A stretch of 64,000 bases of DNA from Dehalococcoidia bacterium (GCA_965208725.1 CBDBPI010000001.1:969033-1033032), one strand, 5' to 3'. Counted from the first letter of the stretch, positions 1-9,912 are shown. Notes: generated from the letters alone by a model not told the origin. Made by a program: numbers and translations.

Positions 1-1
1 C

Positions 2-1135
2 GAACGAGACCTCGACTTCGACGGCGACTTCCACAACAAGGAAGGCCCCCTGCCCGTCCGGCGCGTTCCCCAAACCGAGTGGGAGCCCAATCTCCGCGCC
101 TTCCATCAGGCCTGCGTAGACCGCGGTTTCCCCGCAAGCCCGGATATGAACCTCCCCGACGCTGCCGGCGTCGGCGCCTATCCCGTCAGCAACGTCGGCG
201 GACTCCGCGTCAACACCTCAATGGCCTACCTGGACCCGGCCAGGCACCGCCTCAACCTCACCATCCGGGGCAACACCCTCGTCCACAGGATTCTTCTGGA
301 AGGGAATCGCGCCGTCGGCGTGGAAGTCATCAGCGACGGACAGATCTTCAGCGTCTACGGCCATGAAATCGTCTGCAGCGCCGGTGCTTTCGGTTCTCCC
401 ATGCTGCTCATGCGCTCCGGCATCGGCCCCGAAGACCACCTGACCGACATGGGCATCGAAACGAAGCACAACCTCCCCGGCGTTGGCCGCAACCTCAGAA
501 ATCATCCCGTATCTGGCGTAATCTACCGGGACGTTTCTATGGAACCGAAGGACTCCGTCCTCAGCCTCGTCTTCCTCCGCTACACCGCCTCCGGCTCAGA
601 CACCCCACACGACATGTCCATCAGCGTGGACAACCGTTGGGTCTTCGACGGCGTCCCCCACACCCGCCTCAGCGCCTGCCTTGAGTACGCCCGCGGTGCC
701 GGTCGTCTGACCCTGACCTCCGCCGACCCGTCAGCGCCGCCCCACCTCGAATACAACTACCTCCAGGACCCCTGGGACCTTGCCCGCGTGCGGGAAGGCG
801 TCCACCTCGCCATCGAACTGGCCGAAAGCCCCGCCCTGAAAGGTCTGCTGGCCCGTCGAGTCGCCCCCAACGACGAAGAAATGGCCTCGGAGGAGTCTCT
901 GAATCAGTGGATTTTGGAGAACGTCACCACGGGCCACCACTCCTCCGGCACCTGCAAAATGGGCCCCGCTTCCGACCCCATGGCCGTCGTCGACCAGTAC
1001 GGCCGCGTTCACGGCCTCGACGGTCTCCGCGTCGCCGATGCGTCCATCATGCCCGACGTAGTCCGGGTAAACCCCAACGCCACCTGCATCATGATCGGCG
1101 AGAAAGTCTCAGATTTCATCCGCCACCACCCCTAA
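2..1135 (+). CDS. GMC family oxidoreductase (choline dehydrogenase/MftG-like), 5'-truncated by window edge
   Basis: Frame open from base 2 (ERDLDFDGDFHNKEGPLPV...); CSAGAFGSPMLLMRSGIGP, GVGRNLRNH, HSSGTCKMG, GLRVADASIMP motifs. Confidence 0.93.
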   Translation, partial: ERDLDFDGDFHNKEGPLPVRRVPQTEWEPNLRAFHQACVDRGFPASPDMNLPDAAGVGAYPVSNVGGLRVNTSMAYLDPARHRLNLTIRGNTLVHRILLEGNRAVGVEVISDGQIFSVYGHEIVCSAGAFGSPMLLMRSGIGPEDHLTDMGIETKHNLPGVGRNLRNHPVSGVIYRDVSMEPKDSVLSLVFLRYTASGSDTPHDMSISVDNRWVFDGVPHTRLSACLEYARGAGRLTLTSADPSAPPHLEYNYLQDPWDLARVREGVHLAIELAESPALKGLLARRVAPNDEEMASEESLNQWILENVTTGHHSSGTCKMGPASDPMAVVDQYGRVHGLDGLRVADASIMPDVVRVNPNATCIMIGEKVSDFIRHHP

Positions 1136-1223
1136 CCGTCGCAAATCAGACCCCAACTTGGAGATGGCTGGGTCAATTAGTTGACCAGGTTTGTGGAATG
1201 GGGTGACGGTGTCCCACAAAACC

Positions 1224-1289
1224 AAAAAACCGCCCTAGCCATTGCCGCGCCTCTTATCGAGGCTTAACCGGCAACCGCCAAAGCGGTCT
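1224..1289 (-). terminator. Long rod hairpin ending in U-tract; likely intrinsic terminator of the minus-strand lipoprotein genes
   Basis: Minus strand ACCGCTTTGGC...TTGCCG...GCCTC-GATAA-GAGGC...CGGCAA...GCTAGGGCGGT followed by TTTTT. Confidence 0.6.
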
Positions 1290-1316
1290 ATGTTGTCAGT
1301 GTCCCGCCCTGAACCC

Positions 1317-1883
1317 CTAGGGGTTGATCGTATACTCCAATGTCACTGCCTGGAGATTTCGGACCACAGGGTTGAAGAAGGTGAACTCGTAGGTTCCGTT
1401 CAACTCCGCCGTGAACTCCGTGCCTCCGTCCGCCACCTGCTCTCCTTGGTAAATCGAATCGCCGATGGGATCGTTGACGTTGAATATGAGCCCTGGCCTG
1501 CCCAGCGCGCCTGACTCGGCGAATCCTCCCACCGCCTGGGGCTTGGAGGTGTAGGTCGCCCTCACAAAATCTCCCACAACCAGGTCTACTTCGAAGGACT
1601 CCCAGCTCTCGGGGAGGATCAGCTCATCCTCTGTGAAGGTGCCTGTGGGAGTAAGTTCGCCGCTGGCCGGTGCCGGTGTCGCAGGAGCCGCCTCACCGCT
1701 CCCTCCGGACGGCGTTGCTTCCTGCCCGGAAGGCTCTGATGTGTCTCCGCCCCCGCCGCCACACGCGGCCAGGGCTAGAGTGCCCATAAGGAGCAATGCG
1801 GCAATAAGGGCCGGGAGGGCCCAGCGCCCACGTCCAAGAGCTGTAAAGAGCGGGGACAGGGGGGTTCCGCTATTGCGTCCCAT
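1317..1883 (-). CDS. Lipoprotein with emp24/p24 GOLD-like domain
   Basis: AAGGAGG RBS before ATG 1883; LALAACGG lipobox; C-terminal FNVNDPIGDSIY...FTAELNGTYEFTFFN resembles GOLD domain. Confidence 0.7.
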   Translation of the reverse strand: MGRNSGTPLSPLFTALGRGRWALPALIAALLLMGTLALAACGGGGGDTSEPSGQEATPSGGSGEAAPATPAPASGELTPTGTFTEDELILPESWESFEVDLVVGDFVRATYTSKPQAVGGFAESGALGRPGLIFNVNDPIGDSIYQGEQVADGGTEFTAELNGTYEFTFFNPVVRNLQAVTLEYTINP

Positions 1884-1994
1884 GACGTTGCCTCCTTCGA
1901 CAACGGGGTCGGGTGGTGCTTCCGTGCCCCGACCCCCACTCATGGGAGGGCCGGGGCACGGCATTCTCTATGTGCCTACCGTCTCGCGACGGTC

Positions 1995-3821
1995 TTACTT
2001 GTAGATCGGTACCGTGTACTCGTGGTAGCGGACCGGTCCAAAGTGTACGTGGCTAACCTCGTAGCCTTCCAGCACTGCCGGGTTGAAGACGGCCTTGCCG
2101 AATACCCACAGCAACGGAATGCTCAGGTAGTTGTCATACCAGAAGTCGCCGAGCTTGATGAACTCTTGTACCCGAATCTCGGGGTCGGCGATGGTGTCCA
2201 CGTTTCTCTTCCAGTCGGTGATGAACTGGTACTCGTAGTAGGGCCTCGTGGCCTCGTACCACAGCCAGCCCATGCCCGCCGACGGTGGGTTCAGCGACCA
2301 GCGAATCATGCCGATCTTTCCGTTCATGGCCCGGTCGCTGTACATGGCCTGAACGGGGGCGTACTCGGAAACCGTCAGGTTGACTGTGATCCCGATCTCT
2401 TCCCACATGGCCGCTATGGCTTCGCCAACGTCCGGAATCTCCGGCAGGCCGCCCAGGTTGGTGGGGGCGAAGAAGTCAAGCTCAAAGCCGTCGGGATAGC
2501 CGGCCTCAACCAGCAGCTCCTTGGCTCTTTCGGGGTCATAGGGATACGGCCAGCCGCCCGCCGCTCCCGTGTTGCCATCGGGGCCGGGTATGGGCGCCCA
2601 GCGGTCCTGGAAGAAGTCCCACCACTCAGCCATGTGAGACACGGCGCTGGGAATTGCGTCTCCCTTGAAGAAGGAGTCGTTAATCTTCGCCCGGTCAATG
2701 GCTATGTTGAGAGCTTGCCTTACGAGCTTGTTCCGTGTCGGAACCGTCTCGTCATAGTTGGGGGTGGGCTCGCCCTTGAATGACTCAGGCTGGTAGTAGG
2801 GTATGGTTCCCCACATGTGGAAGCTGGGCAGCGTGCTCTTCGCTATCTTCAAGCCGCGAGCGGTTACCTCGTCATGCTGGTCGCTGGGCAGCACTCCAAT
2901 GTGTACCTCGTCGGTCAAAAGCTGGGCCGCAATAGTCGCCGGCTCCTTGTTCCACAGGAACTGGAGCTCGTCGAAATAGGGCTCGTGGCGGTAGTGGTCC
3001 ACATTCTTTTCAAGCAGGAAATGCTCGTTGTCAATGTACTCCACGAAGCTGAAGGCGCCCGCGCCAATCGGATGGTCGATGTATCCATCCTCGCCGCCTA
3101 CGGCGTCCCAGTAGGACTTGCTTATGATGCCGAAGGTCCAGTCCTCGGACACGTATACGTTCATGTCCGGGTGCACTATGTCCAGGTTCCAGGTCAAGGT
3201 ATTTCCGTCAATCACGATGTGATCGGAATTCTTGTCCGCGAGCCAGGGACCGTAGGTGCCGGAGTTGTTGGACCGTTCGGAGTCCAGGCCGGCCTGCAGC
3301 CGCCATGTGTGCCGCACGTCTTCGGGGTCGAACATGTAGGTGTCGCTGGCCTGCCCATTCATGTAGTAGGGAATGCCTTCCTTCAGTTCGAAGGTCCAGA
3401 TCTTGGCGGAGTCATCCACTTCCCAGGACTCCGCGATGTGGTTGTTTATCACCGCAGCAGTCTTGCGGTCCTTGCCAACCAGGTAGTCGTACAGGTTGTG
3501 CAGAGGTCCGCTGGAGCTCTGGAACGTCATGTACGGCAGCCTCACCTGGTGGGTGGGTGGCGCCATGGAAACGATGAGCCTGGGGCTCACCAGCTCCGGC
3601 TCCATTTCCGCGGTCGGTGTCGGCGCCGGGGTGGGTGCTGCTGTTGGTGCTGGCGCTGCTGTGGCCGGCGCCGCCGTGGGCGCCATCGTCGCCGCGGGAG
3701 CAGGCGCCTCGTCCTCATCGTCGTCAGTTCCGCAGGCCGCTATTACTAGCGCCAGCGATGCCGCGACAATCAAGGCCAAAAGCACGCTCTTTCTCAGTAA
3801 TTTGCTGGGTAAAGTCAACAT
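1995..3821 (-). CDS. ABC transporter substrate-binding lipoprotein, family 5 (peptide/nickel type)
   Basis: IAACG lipobox, Ala/Pro/Thr linker, IAESWEV..WTFELKEG, PIGAGAF, YDPERAKELLVEAGYPDGF; AGGAGG RBS. Confidence 0.92.
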   Translation of the reverse strand: MLTLPSKLLRKSVLLALIVAASLALVIAACGTDDDEDEAPAPAATMAPTAAPATAAPAPTAAPTPAPTPTAEMEPELVSPRLIVSMAPPTHQVRLPYMTFQSSSGPLHNLYDYLVGKDRKTAAVINNHIAESWEVDDSAKIWTFELKEGIPYYMNGQASDTYMFDPEDVRHTWRLQAGLDSERSNNSGTYGPWLADKNSDHIVIDGNTLTWNLDIVHPDMNVYVSEDWTFGIISKSYWDAVGGEDGYIDHPIGAGAFSFVEYIDNEHFLLEKNVDHYRHEPYFDELQFLWNKEPATIAAQLLTDEVHIGVLPSDQHDEVTARGLKIAKSTLPSFHMWGTIPYYQPESFKGEPTPNYDETVPTRNKLVRQALNIAIDRAKINDSFFKGDAIPSAVSHMAEWWDFFQDRWAPIPGPDGNTGAAGGWPYPYDPERAKELLVEAGYPDGFELDFFAPTNLGGLPEIPDVGEAIAAMWEEIGITVNLTVSEYAPVQAMYSDRAMNGKIGMIRWSLNPPSAGMGWLWYEATRPYYEYQFITDWKRNVDTIADPEIRVQEFIKLGDFWYDNYLSIPLLWVFGKAVFNPAVLEGYEVSHVHFGPVRYHEYTVPIYK

Positions 3822-4079
3822 ATTTCCTCCTGGTAGTAGAAGTTTTTGGCTTACCCCTGGTAGTCAAACCCGCATAAACGGGTCGTACCTCCTCAAAATT
3901 CAGAGGTACGCTTGAATCAGCGGTAAAGGTAGCATCGAGAAATTATGCTGTCAAGCCTTGGTACCCGATGGTGCGACTGTAGCCATACCGTGGCAACAGC
4001 TTCTTTCAAACACATCTCTTCCGTAATACAGACTATGAGCCGGCGTACAATTCTGCATCGGGATAATCGTCGTCCGCCC

Positions 4080-4109
4080 TTGCCCCATTCACCCCCTGAA
4101 GGCTACAAT
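4080..4109 (+). promoter_or_regulatory. Sigma70-type promoter of tRNA-Pro
   Basis: TTGCCC-18bp-TACAAT about 20 bp upstream of the tRNA. Confidence 0.55.
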
Positions 4110-4129
4110 TGTCCGGCTGTTTAAATCAT

Positions 4130-4203
4130 CGGGGAGTGGCGCAGTTTGGCAGCGCGCTACGTTCGGGACGTAGAGGCCCCGGGTTCAAATCCCGGCTCCC
4201 CGA
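4130..4203 (+). tRNA. tRNA-Pro(CGG), CCA not encoded
   Basis: CGGGGAG/CTCCCCG acceptor stem, CTACG-TTCGGGA-CGTAG anticodon arm, GGTTCAAATCC T-arm. Confidence 0.96.
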
Positions 4204-4232
4204 TTTCTCACTCCATCGACCTTCTTTTCCCT

Positions 4233-4802
4233 ATGCAAGACCCTCAGTCTAACGACAACGCCCCCAACGAAATCGAAAACCTTCACCGCTCCGTGAGCGA
4301 GCTGACTGCTGCGATCGAAGCCAACTCCACCGACGCCGACGCCTACTATCGACGTGGCGTCGTCTACGGTCAGCTGGTCGAACCCATCCTCGCCATCCGC
4401 GACTTCGACCAGGTCGTCCGCTTGGACCCCGACAACGCGGAAGCCTACTACAACCGCGGCCTCGCCTACGTCCACCTCAAGGAGCAGATGCCCGCGGTGG
4501 AAGACTTTACCCACGCCATCCGCCTGAACCCTGACCACCTCGACGCCTACAACAACCGGGCCGCGGCCCTTTGCGACTTGGGCCAGCCCAGGCGTGCCCT
4601 GGAAGACGTGAGCAAGGCCTTGGAGTTGAATAACCAGTGGCCCTCCGCATACGCCATTGCAGCCATCGCCCACTCTTACCTGGGCGAAGAAGACGCCGCC
4701 GAAGAAGCAGCGCAAAACGCATCGGCCCTCGGCTTCGACGGCTCAATGCTCCGCCACTTCATGCGCCAGGCCAGCCGCCAGCGCCGCTCCTTCAACGCTT
4801 GA
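4233..4802 (+). CDS. Tetratricopeptide repeat protein
   Basis: Repeated AYYxRG / AYNNR ...AI.L.P TPR units; ATG 4233 is the first start downstream of the tRNA. Confidence 0.88.
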   Translation: MQDPQSNDNAPNEIENLHRSVSELTAAIEANSTDADAYYRRGVVYGQLVEPILAIRDFDQVVRLDPDNAEAYYNRGLAYVHLKEQMPAVEDFTHAIRLNPDHLDAYNNRAAALCDLGQPRRALEDVSKALELNNQWPSAYAIAAIAHSYLGEEDAAEEAAQNASALGFDGSMLRHFMRQASRQRRSFNA

Positions 4803-4827
4803 CTGTATGTATCCCATAGGCTACAAT
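4799..4827 (+). promoter_or_regulatory. TA operon promoter with overlapping palindromic operator
   Basis: TTGACT-17bp-TACAAT; inverted repeat TGTATCC-CATA-GGCTACA at 4808-4825. Confidence 0.7.
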
Positions 4828-4833
4828 GGCTCA

Positions 4834-5124
4834 GTTGTCGAGATACGGCAGACAGAGGTTTACTCCAAATGGTTTCGGCGACTTAGGGATAGGGAAGCTA
4901 GGGCGCGGATTGTCAAACGCATTCGCAGGCTAGCCCAAGGAAATACAGGGGATGCCAGGCCGGTAGGAGAAGGCGTTTCCGAAATCCGAATCCCTTACGG
5001 CCCAGGATACCGGGTATACTTCCTTCAAAGAGGCAAATCACTGGTAATTCTCTTGGCGGGAGGCGACAAAGACAGCCAGAGACGCGATATCCCGAGGGCG
5101 CTGCAACTGGCAAGGGAATTTTAG
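4834..5124 (+). CDS. Type II TA toxin, RelE/ParE (HigB-like addiction module killer protein); start codon uncertain
   Basis: EIRQTEVYSKWFRRLRD..ARI..GNTGDARPVGEGVSEIRIPYGPGYRVYF..LLAGGDKDSQ; toxin precedes antitoxin. Confidence 0.88.
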   Translation, partial: VVEIRQTEVYSKWFRRLRDREARARIVKRIRRLAQGNTGDARPVGEGVSEIRIPYGPGYRVYFLQRGKSLVILLAGGDKDSQRRDIPRALQLAREF

Positions 5125-5133
5125 GAGAAAGAA

Positions 5134-5445
5134 ATGGCCAAAACCAAGACCTTTCCGTGGGACCCTGCTGATCACCTGCGTGACGAAGAAGACATGGCAA
5201 TATATCTGACTGTGGTTCTGGAGGACGGTGACTTGCCCCTGATAATGGCTGCTTTAGGGGATGTTGCCCGCGCCAAGAAAATGGCATCCGTGGCCCAGAC
5301 AAGCGGTTTGGGTAGAGAGAGTCTATACAAGTCCCTGTCCCCAAATGGCAACCCAGAATTTGCTACTGTGCTTAAGGTGATTCGGGCATTGGGACTCCGC
5401 CTCCAAGTTGTTCCCGCATCGGTGCCTGCTCAGGAAAAGGAATAG
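5134..5445 (+). CDS. Addiction module antidote protein (HigA-like HTH antitoxin)
   Basis: WDPADHL..ALGDVARAK..GLGRESLYKSLSPNGNPEFATVLKVIRALG; AGGAG RBS. Confidence 0.92.
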   Translation: MAKTKTFPWDPADHLRDEEDMAIYLTVVLEDGDLPLIMAALGDVARAKKMASVAQTSGLGRESLYKSLSPNGNPEFATVLKVIRALGLRLQVVPASVPAQEKE

Positions 5446-5557
5446 TCAACCGATTCCCATCCTGCCGCTGCAGCACCATTAAGTTAGCTCGTTAAACTGA
5501 TCCAACTTGTAGGGGCTGGTTTCAAACCAGCCCCCTTTTCTACTGCACTCCCCCTCC

Positions 5558-5622
5558 TTGACAACTCCTCAAATAGTGATAATATAAGCAGCCGCAAACG
5601 TTTGCAGGAAAGCAGATTTGCA
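5558..5622 (+). promoter_or_regulatory. Promoter and candidate operator for the Fur-family/metal ABC operon
   Basis: TTGACA at 5558, AT-rich -10 region, perfect palindrome GCAAACGTTTGC 5594-5605 and related GCAGATTTGC 5612-5621. Confidence 0.5.
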
Positions 5623-5624
5623 AC

Positions 5625-6068
5625 ATGACCCTGCCAGACATCCTTGACCAGCTGCGCGGCAGAGGCGTCCGCCTCACCCCCCAGCGCCTCCTCATCCTCA
5701 ACGCCGTCTCCCAGGGCGGCGGCCACATGGGCGTCGACGAAGTCTTCCGCAAGGCCAGGGAGTCCTACCCCTACATGGACATCGCCACCGTCTATCGTAC
5801 CCTCCACCTCTTCAGACGCATGGGCGTCGTCACCGAGGTGGCCATCGGCGACCGCCTCCACTTTGAAATCACGAACCCCGACGCCCCCCACCACCACATG
5901 GTCTGCCGGCCCTGCGGCGGCGCCTACGACCTCGCCCCAGACTATCTTGACCAGTTCCGAAACACCCTGACCCAGGAGTTCGACTTCGAGCCGGACCTCG
6001 ACAATTTCACCGTCACCGGCATCTGTTCAACATGCAAGAACTCCGGCGCAGATGCCCTCTCTGCATAA
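5625..6068 (+). CDS. Fur family transcriptional regulator (Zur-like)
   Basis: RLTPQRLLIL, ATVYRTL, HHHMVCRPCG and CSTC motifs; heads a metal ABC operon. Confidence 0.92.
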   Translation: MTLPDILDQLRGRGVRLTPQRLLILNAVSQGGGHMGVDEVFRKARESYPYMDIATVYRTLHLFRRMGVVTEVAIGDRLHFEITNPDAPHHHMVCRPCGGAYDLAPDYLDQFRNTLTQEFDFEPDLDNFTVTGICSTCKNSGADALSA

Positions 6069-6081
6069 ACCCACCCGCCCC

Positions 6082-7089
6082 ATGAAATTCCACCCCCAAT
6101 CTCTGATAGTCGCCATTCTCCTGACCTTGACCGCGGTAGCAATCCAAGCCTGCGGCGGCGATGACGAATCAGACGACCGCCTCCGTGTGGTCACTTCCGT
6201 AGCCCCCATCACCAGCCTCGTGGAAAACGTGGGCGGCAATCGCATCTCCCTGGAGGGCGTCGTTCCGGAAGGCGTCAACTCCCACACCTTCGAGCCCGCC
6301 CCCTCCGTCGCCCGTACCCTCGCTAACGCCGACCTCATCATCCTCAACGGTCTGTTTCTCGAAGAACCCTTCCTGGAACTGGCCCGGGCCAGCAAACAGG
6401 ACAACGCGGAAATCCTAACCCTTGCCGACAAGGCCATCACCAGGGACCAGTGGGTCTTCGACTTCTCCTTCCCGGAAGAGGGCGGTCATCCCAACCCCCA
6501 CCTCTGGACCGCCCCCCTCCTCGCCCTCCGCTATGCTGAAATCGTCAAGGAGCGTCTGTCCGTCCTCGACCCTGGCAACGCAACCGACTACCAGAAAAAC
6601 TACGACAGGCTTAAATCTAAAATCGTTGACTTGGATAAACGAATAGAAGCCGCCGTCGAAACCGTCCCGCCCGCCAACCGAAAGCTGTTGACCTACCACG
6701 ACTCCTTCCCCTTCTTCGCGCCCCGCTATGGCATGGAGATAATCGGCGCCATTCAGCCCTCCGACTTCAGCCAGCCCTCCGCCCGCGAGATGGCCGGACT
6801 CATCAACCAGGTGCAGGATAGCGGCGTTCCCGCCATCTTCGGCTCGGCCGTGTTCCCCAGCGACGTTATGGAGCAGATAGCGAAGGAGAGCGGGGCGGAG
6901 TTCGTTGACCAGTTACGAGACGACGACCTCCCCGGCGCTCCCGGAGATCCCCTCCACAGCTATCTTGGCATGATGCTCACCAACTCCCGCGTCATCGTCG
7001 AATCCCTCGGCGGCGACCCGACCGCCCTCGAAGGCTTCGACCCCGGCCCCGTATTCCAGGGCGAAAGCACAGCCGTATATCCCCAGTAA
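6082..7089 (+). CDS. znuA: Zn/Mn ABC transporter substrate-binding lipoprotein (ZnuA/TroA family)
   Basis: IQACG lipobox, NSHTFEP, NPHLWT, TYHDSF metal-ligand motifs. Confidence 0.9.
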   Translation: MKFHPQSLIVAILLTLTAVAIQACGGDDESDDRLRVVTSVAPITSLVENVGGNRISLEGVVPEGVNSHTFEPAPSVARTLANADLIILNGLFLEEPFLELARASKQDNAEILTLADKAITRDQWVFDFSFPEEGGHPNPHLWTAPLLALRYAEIVKERLSVLDPGNATDYQKNYDRLKSKIVDLDKRIEAAVETVPPANRKLLTYHDSFPFFAPRYGMEIIGAIQPSDFSQPSAREMAGLINQVQDSGVPAIFGSAVFPSDVMEQIAKESGAEFVDQLRDDDLPGAPGDPLHSYLGMMLTNSRVIVESLGGDPTALEGFDPGPVFQGESTAVYPQ

Positions 7090-7099
7090 GGTACGAACC

Positions 7100-7954
7100 A
7101 TGCTTCACCCTATGCCCCACAAGCCACCCTCCGGAGATCCCGCCGTCGAGCTCCGCGGCGTTACCTGCGGCTACAACGGTCACCCCGTCCTCCACGACGT
7201 TGACCTGAAGCTCATGCCCGGCGCTTTCGTCGGCCTGCTGGGTCCCAGCGGCTCCGGCAAGACCACCCTTCTCCGCGCCATCCTAGGCGCCGTCGACCTC
7301 TACGGCGGCCAGGTGCTCGTGCAGGGCCTCGCAACCGCCAACGGCAGGTCCCGCATCGGCTACGTGCCCCAGCTCAAGACCATCGACTGGAACTTCCCCG
7401 TCACTGTCGAAGAAACGGTGATGATGGGCCTCACCATGTCCAACCCCTTCTTCCCCTGGAACAGGGCCAAAGACCGGAAGCTGGTCCACCGTATGCTCGA
7501 ACGCCTGGGCATCGAGGACCTGAAGAAGCGTCATATCCGCCAGCTGTCCGGCGGACAGCAGCAGCGCGTCTTCCTCGCGCGGGCCCTGGTCAGCAACCCC
7601 AACCTTCTGCTTCTCGACGAACCTACCGTGGGAATCGACATCAAGACCCGGGACGAGTTTCTCCACCTCCTCCACGAGCTCAACCACCAGGGCGTCACCA
7701 TCGTCATGACCACCCACGAAATCAACGCCGTCGCCGCCCATCTCCCCTGGGTCGTCTGCCTCAACGGTCGAATCCTGGCCAGCGGCCCCCCGGCGGAAGT
7801 CTTCACGCCGGAGACCTTCAAGCTCACCTACAACGCAGAAATGCCCGTCATCAAGTACATGGATATGACCCTCGTGGCGGAAAGTCCCCACCGCTTCAAC
7901 GGCGCAAACGCCGAAGGCTCCCCCGACGCCGCCCACGCAAAGAAACACCACTAA
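7100..7954 (+). CDS. znuC: Zn/Mn ABC transporter ATP-binding protein
   Basis: GPSGSGKTT, IGYVPQ, LSGGQQQRV, LLLLDEP. Confidence 0.92.
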   Translation: MLHPMPHKPPSGDPAVELRGVTCGYNGHPVLHDVDLKLMPGAFVGLLGPSGSGKTTLLRAILGAVDLYGGQVLVQGLATANGRSRIGYVPQLKTIDWNFPVTVEETVMMGLTMSNPFFPWNRAKDRKLVHRMLERLGIEDLKKRHIRQLSGGQQQRVFLARALVSNPNLLLLDEPTVGIDIKTRDEFLHLLHELNHQGVTIVMTTHEINAVAAHLPWVVCLNGRILASGPPAEVFTPETFKLTYNAEMPVIKYMDMTLVAESPHRFNGANAEGSPDAAHAKKHH

Positions 7955-8330
7955 TGCCTCCTCCCCAATCCCCACCCCCGCGAAGGCGGGGCCCACTCGC
8001 CAACGGGAATCGCCAATCCCCGTGACACGCTCCCTCTTATCCCTTCTCCCGTCCTGGGAGAAGGTTAGAGCCCGCCCCGTACTTGATACGGGGATGAGGG
8101 TCCTCCTCCTTCTTACCCCTTCCCCCTCGACGGGGGAAGGCTGGGATGGGGGTGCTCCCCTTGTCCTCGCGAAGGCGGGTACTAATCCCCCAACATGTCA
8201 TTCTCAGGAGGCTCTGCGACGAAGAATCTCGTTGCCTCCAGTGCCCTCCCTCTTACCCCTTCCCCCAGCCTTTTCGTCATTCCGGCGCAAGCCGGAATCC
8301 AGTTCCCCTGTTCAGCGCGACACTCTAAGT
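7955..8330. repeat. Cluster of REP-like palindromes inside the metal ABC operon
   Basis: CCCCGCGAAGGCGGGG, TTCTCCCGTCCTGGGAGAA, CCCCGTACTTGATACGGGG, TTCCCCCTCGACGGGGGAA, TTCCGGCGCAAGCCGGAA. Confidence 0.85.
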
Positions 8331-8371
8331 CCATTAAAAACTCGGTGTTATCTCCCCAAGGGTAAGTAAAA

Positions 8372-9235
8372 ATGCTCGAACCCTTCTCCTACGACTTCTT
8401 CGTCAAGGGCCTCATAGCGACAACCCTTGTCGGCGCCCTCTGCGGCCTCATCGGCGTCTACATCGTCCTCCGTCGCATGGCCTACGTGGGCCACGGACTC
8501 TCCCACGCCGTCTTCGGCGGCGCCGTGGTCAGCTTCGTCATGGGAATCAACTTCTTCATCGGCGCCACCGTCTGGGGCTTTCTCTCCTCAATCCTCATCA
8601 TCCTTACCACCCGCAAGCGGCAGATCGCCACCGACTCCGCCATCGGCATCGTCACCACCGCCTCCTTCGCCCTCGGTGTGGCCATCATCAGCCGGTACAA
8701 CACCTTCACCCGCGACTTCGAAGCCGCCCTCATCGGCAACATGCTCGGCGTCTCCGATGGAGACCTGGCCGCCATTGCCGTCGTTACCGCCCTGGCCGTC
8801 CTCTTCTTCTTCGTCGGATACAAGCTGCTCCTCTTTGCCACCTTTGACCCCGACGCAGCCCCCTTCTATAACGTGCCCACCGGCTGGGTCGACGCCTTCT
8901 TCTCCCTCGTCCTGGCTGCCACCATAGTCGTTTCCATGCAGGTGGTCGGCGTCACCCTCATCGCCGCCGCCATCGTCATCCCCCCCGTCATCGCCCGCCT
9001 CCTGACCCACTCTTTCCGAAAAATGCTCATCCTCTCAACCGCCCTTGGCGCCTTCTGCGGCTTGGCGGGCATCTACGTAAGCTGGTACGTCGACGTTTCC
9101 TCAGGTGCCAGCGTCGTCCTCTTCGCCGCCCTCATCTTCCTGGTAATCATGGCCTACACAAGCCTCCGCGACAGGAGAAGAGCTAAAGTCTCGGCCAGCG
9201 AACCCCCTCAAAACTCCGAACCCCTCCACCCCTAA
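8372..9235 (+). CDS. znuB: Zn/Mn ABC transporter permease
   Basis: Hydrophobic; IVLRRMAYVGHGLSHAVFGG, VVGVTLIAAAIVIPP ABC-3 signature. Confidence 0.92.
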   Translation: MLEPFSYDFFVKGLIATTLVGALCGLIGVYIVLRRMAYVGHGLSHAVFGGAVVSFVMGINFFIGATVWGFLSSILIILTTRKRQIATDSAIGIVTTASFALGVAIISRYNTFTRDFEAALIGNMLGVSDGDLAAIAVVTALAVLFFFVGYKLLLFATFDPDAAPFYNVPTGWVDAFFSLVLAATIVVSMQVVGVTLIAAAIVIPPVIARLLTHSFRKMLILSTALGAFCGLAGIYVSWYVDVSSGASVVLFAALIFLVIMAYTSLRDRRRAKVSASEPPQNSEPLHP

Positions 9236-9254
9236 CCCCCCCTGCAAGAACGCC

Positions 9255-9912
9255 GATTGACCTCTTCCCCCTTCACGGGGGAAGATTGAGATGGGGGTGT
9301 CTCCTTTCCACAAAATCCCCATGTCCCCCGTAGGGGCTGGTTTCAAACCAGCCCTCTTCCTCTATGTCACCCTGTGCGCAGCCGAGGAATCTCGCAACCG
9401 GGAATCGCCAAACTCCATCCTGCTCCCCTTCCCTCTTCATCACTCCCCCGCTGTCACCAAACCCCTCAACTCAACCCCAACTCTCCCATACTTGCCGTCA
9501 TGCAATGACCCGCAACGCAGTTGCCCCCACCCCCGCTCCCCTTTTCCCCACCCCCGCGAAAGCGGGGGCCCACTCTTCCCCCCTCTCCCGTCCTGGAGAC
9601 CTTTGAACAACCGTCATTCCGGCGAAAGCCGGAATCCAGAAATGCGCGATTTAGCTATGACTAGGGCGGGACAACGCCACAATCTGAACCTGTTTCGGCA
9701 GTTACGCAAAGGTCTCCGTCCTGGGAGAGGGTTGGAGCCTGCCCCGTACTTGATACGGGGGTGAGGGTCCTCCTCCCACACGTCATACCGTCACTGAGGC
9801 CTCCCGTAGGGGCAGCTCGCCAGCCACACCCCATCCCCCACCAAACCCCTCAACCCAATCCCAACCCTCCCATACTCGCCGTCATGCAATGACCCGTCAC
9901 GCAGTGAACCCC
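9255..9912. repeat. REP-like palindrome cluster
   Basis: Same motif families as other intergenic clusters, including GTAGGGGCTGGTTTCAAACCAGCCC. Confidence 0.85.
9596..9716. mobile_element. 121-bp MITE copy 1
   Basis: Terminal inverted repeats GAGACCTTTG...CAAAGGTCTC; flanked by direct repeat CGTCCTG; near-identical copies at 11688 and 15220. Confidence 0.8.

Noticed and set aside
4146-4232. N-terminal extension of the TPR ORF
   Set aside because: Overlaps tRNA-Pro; ATG 4233 preferred.
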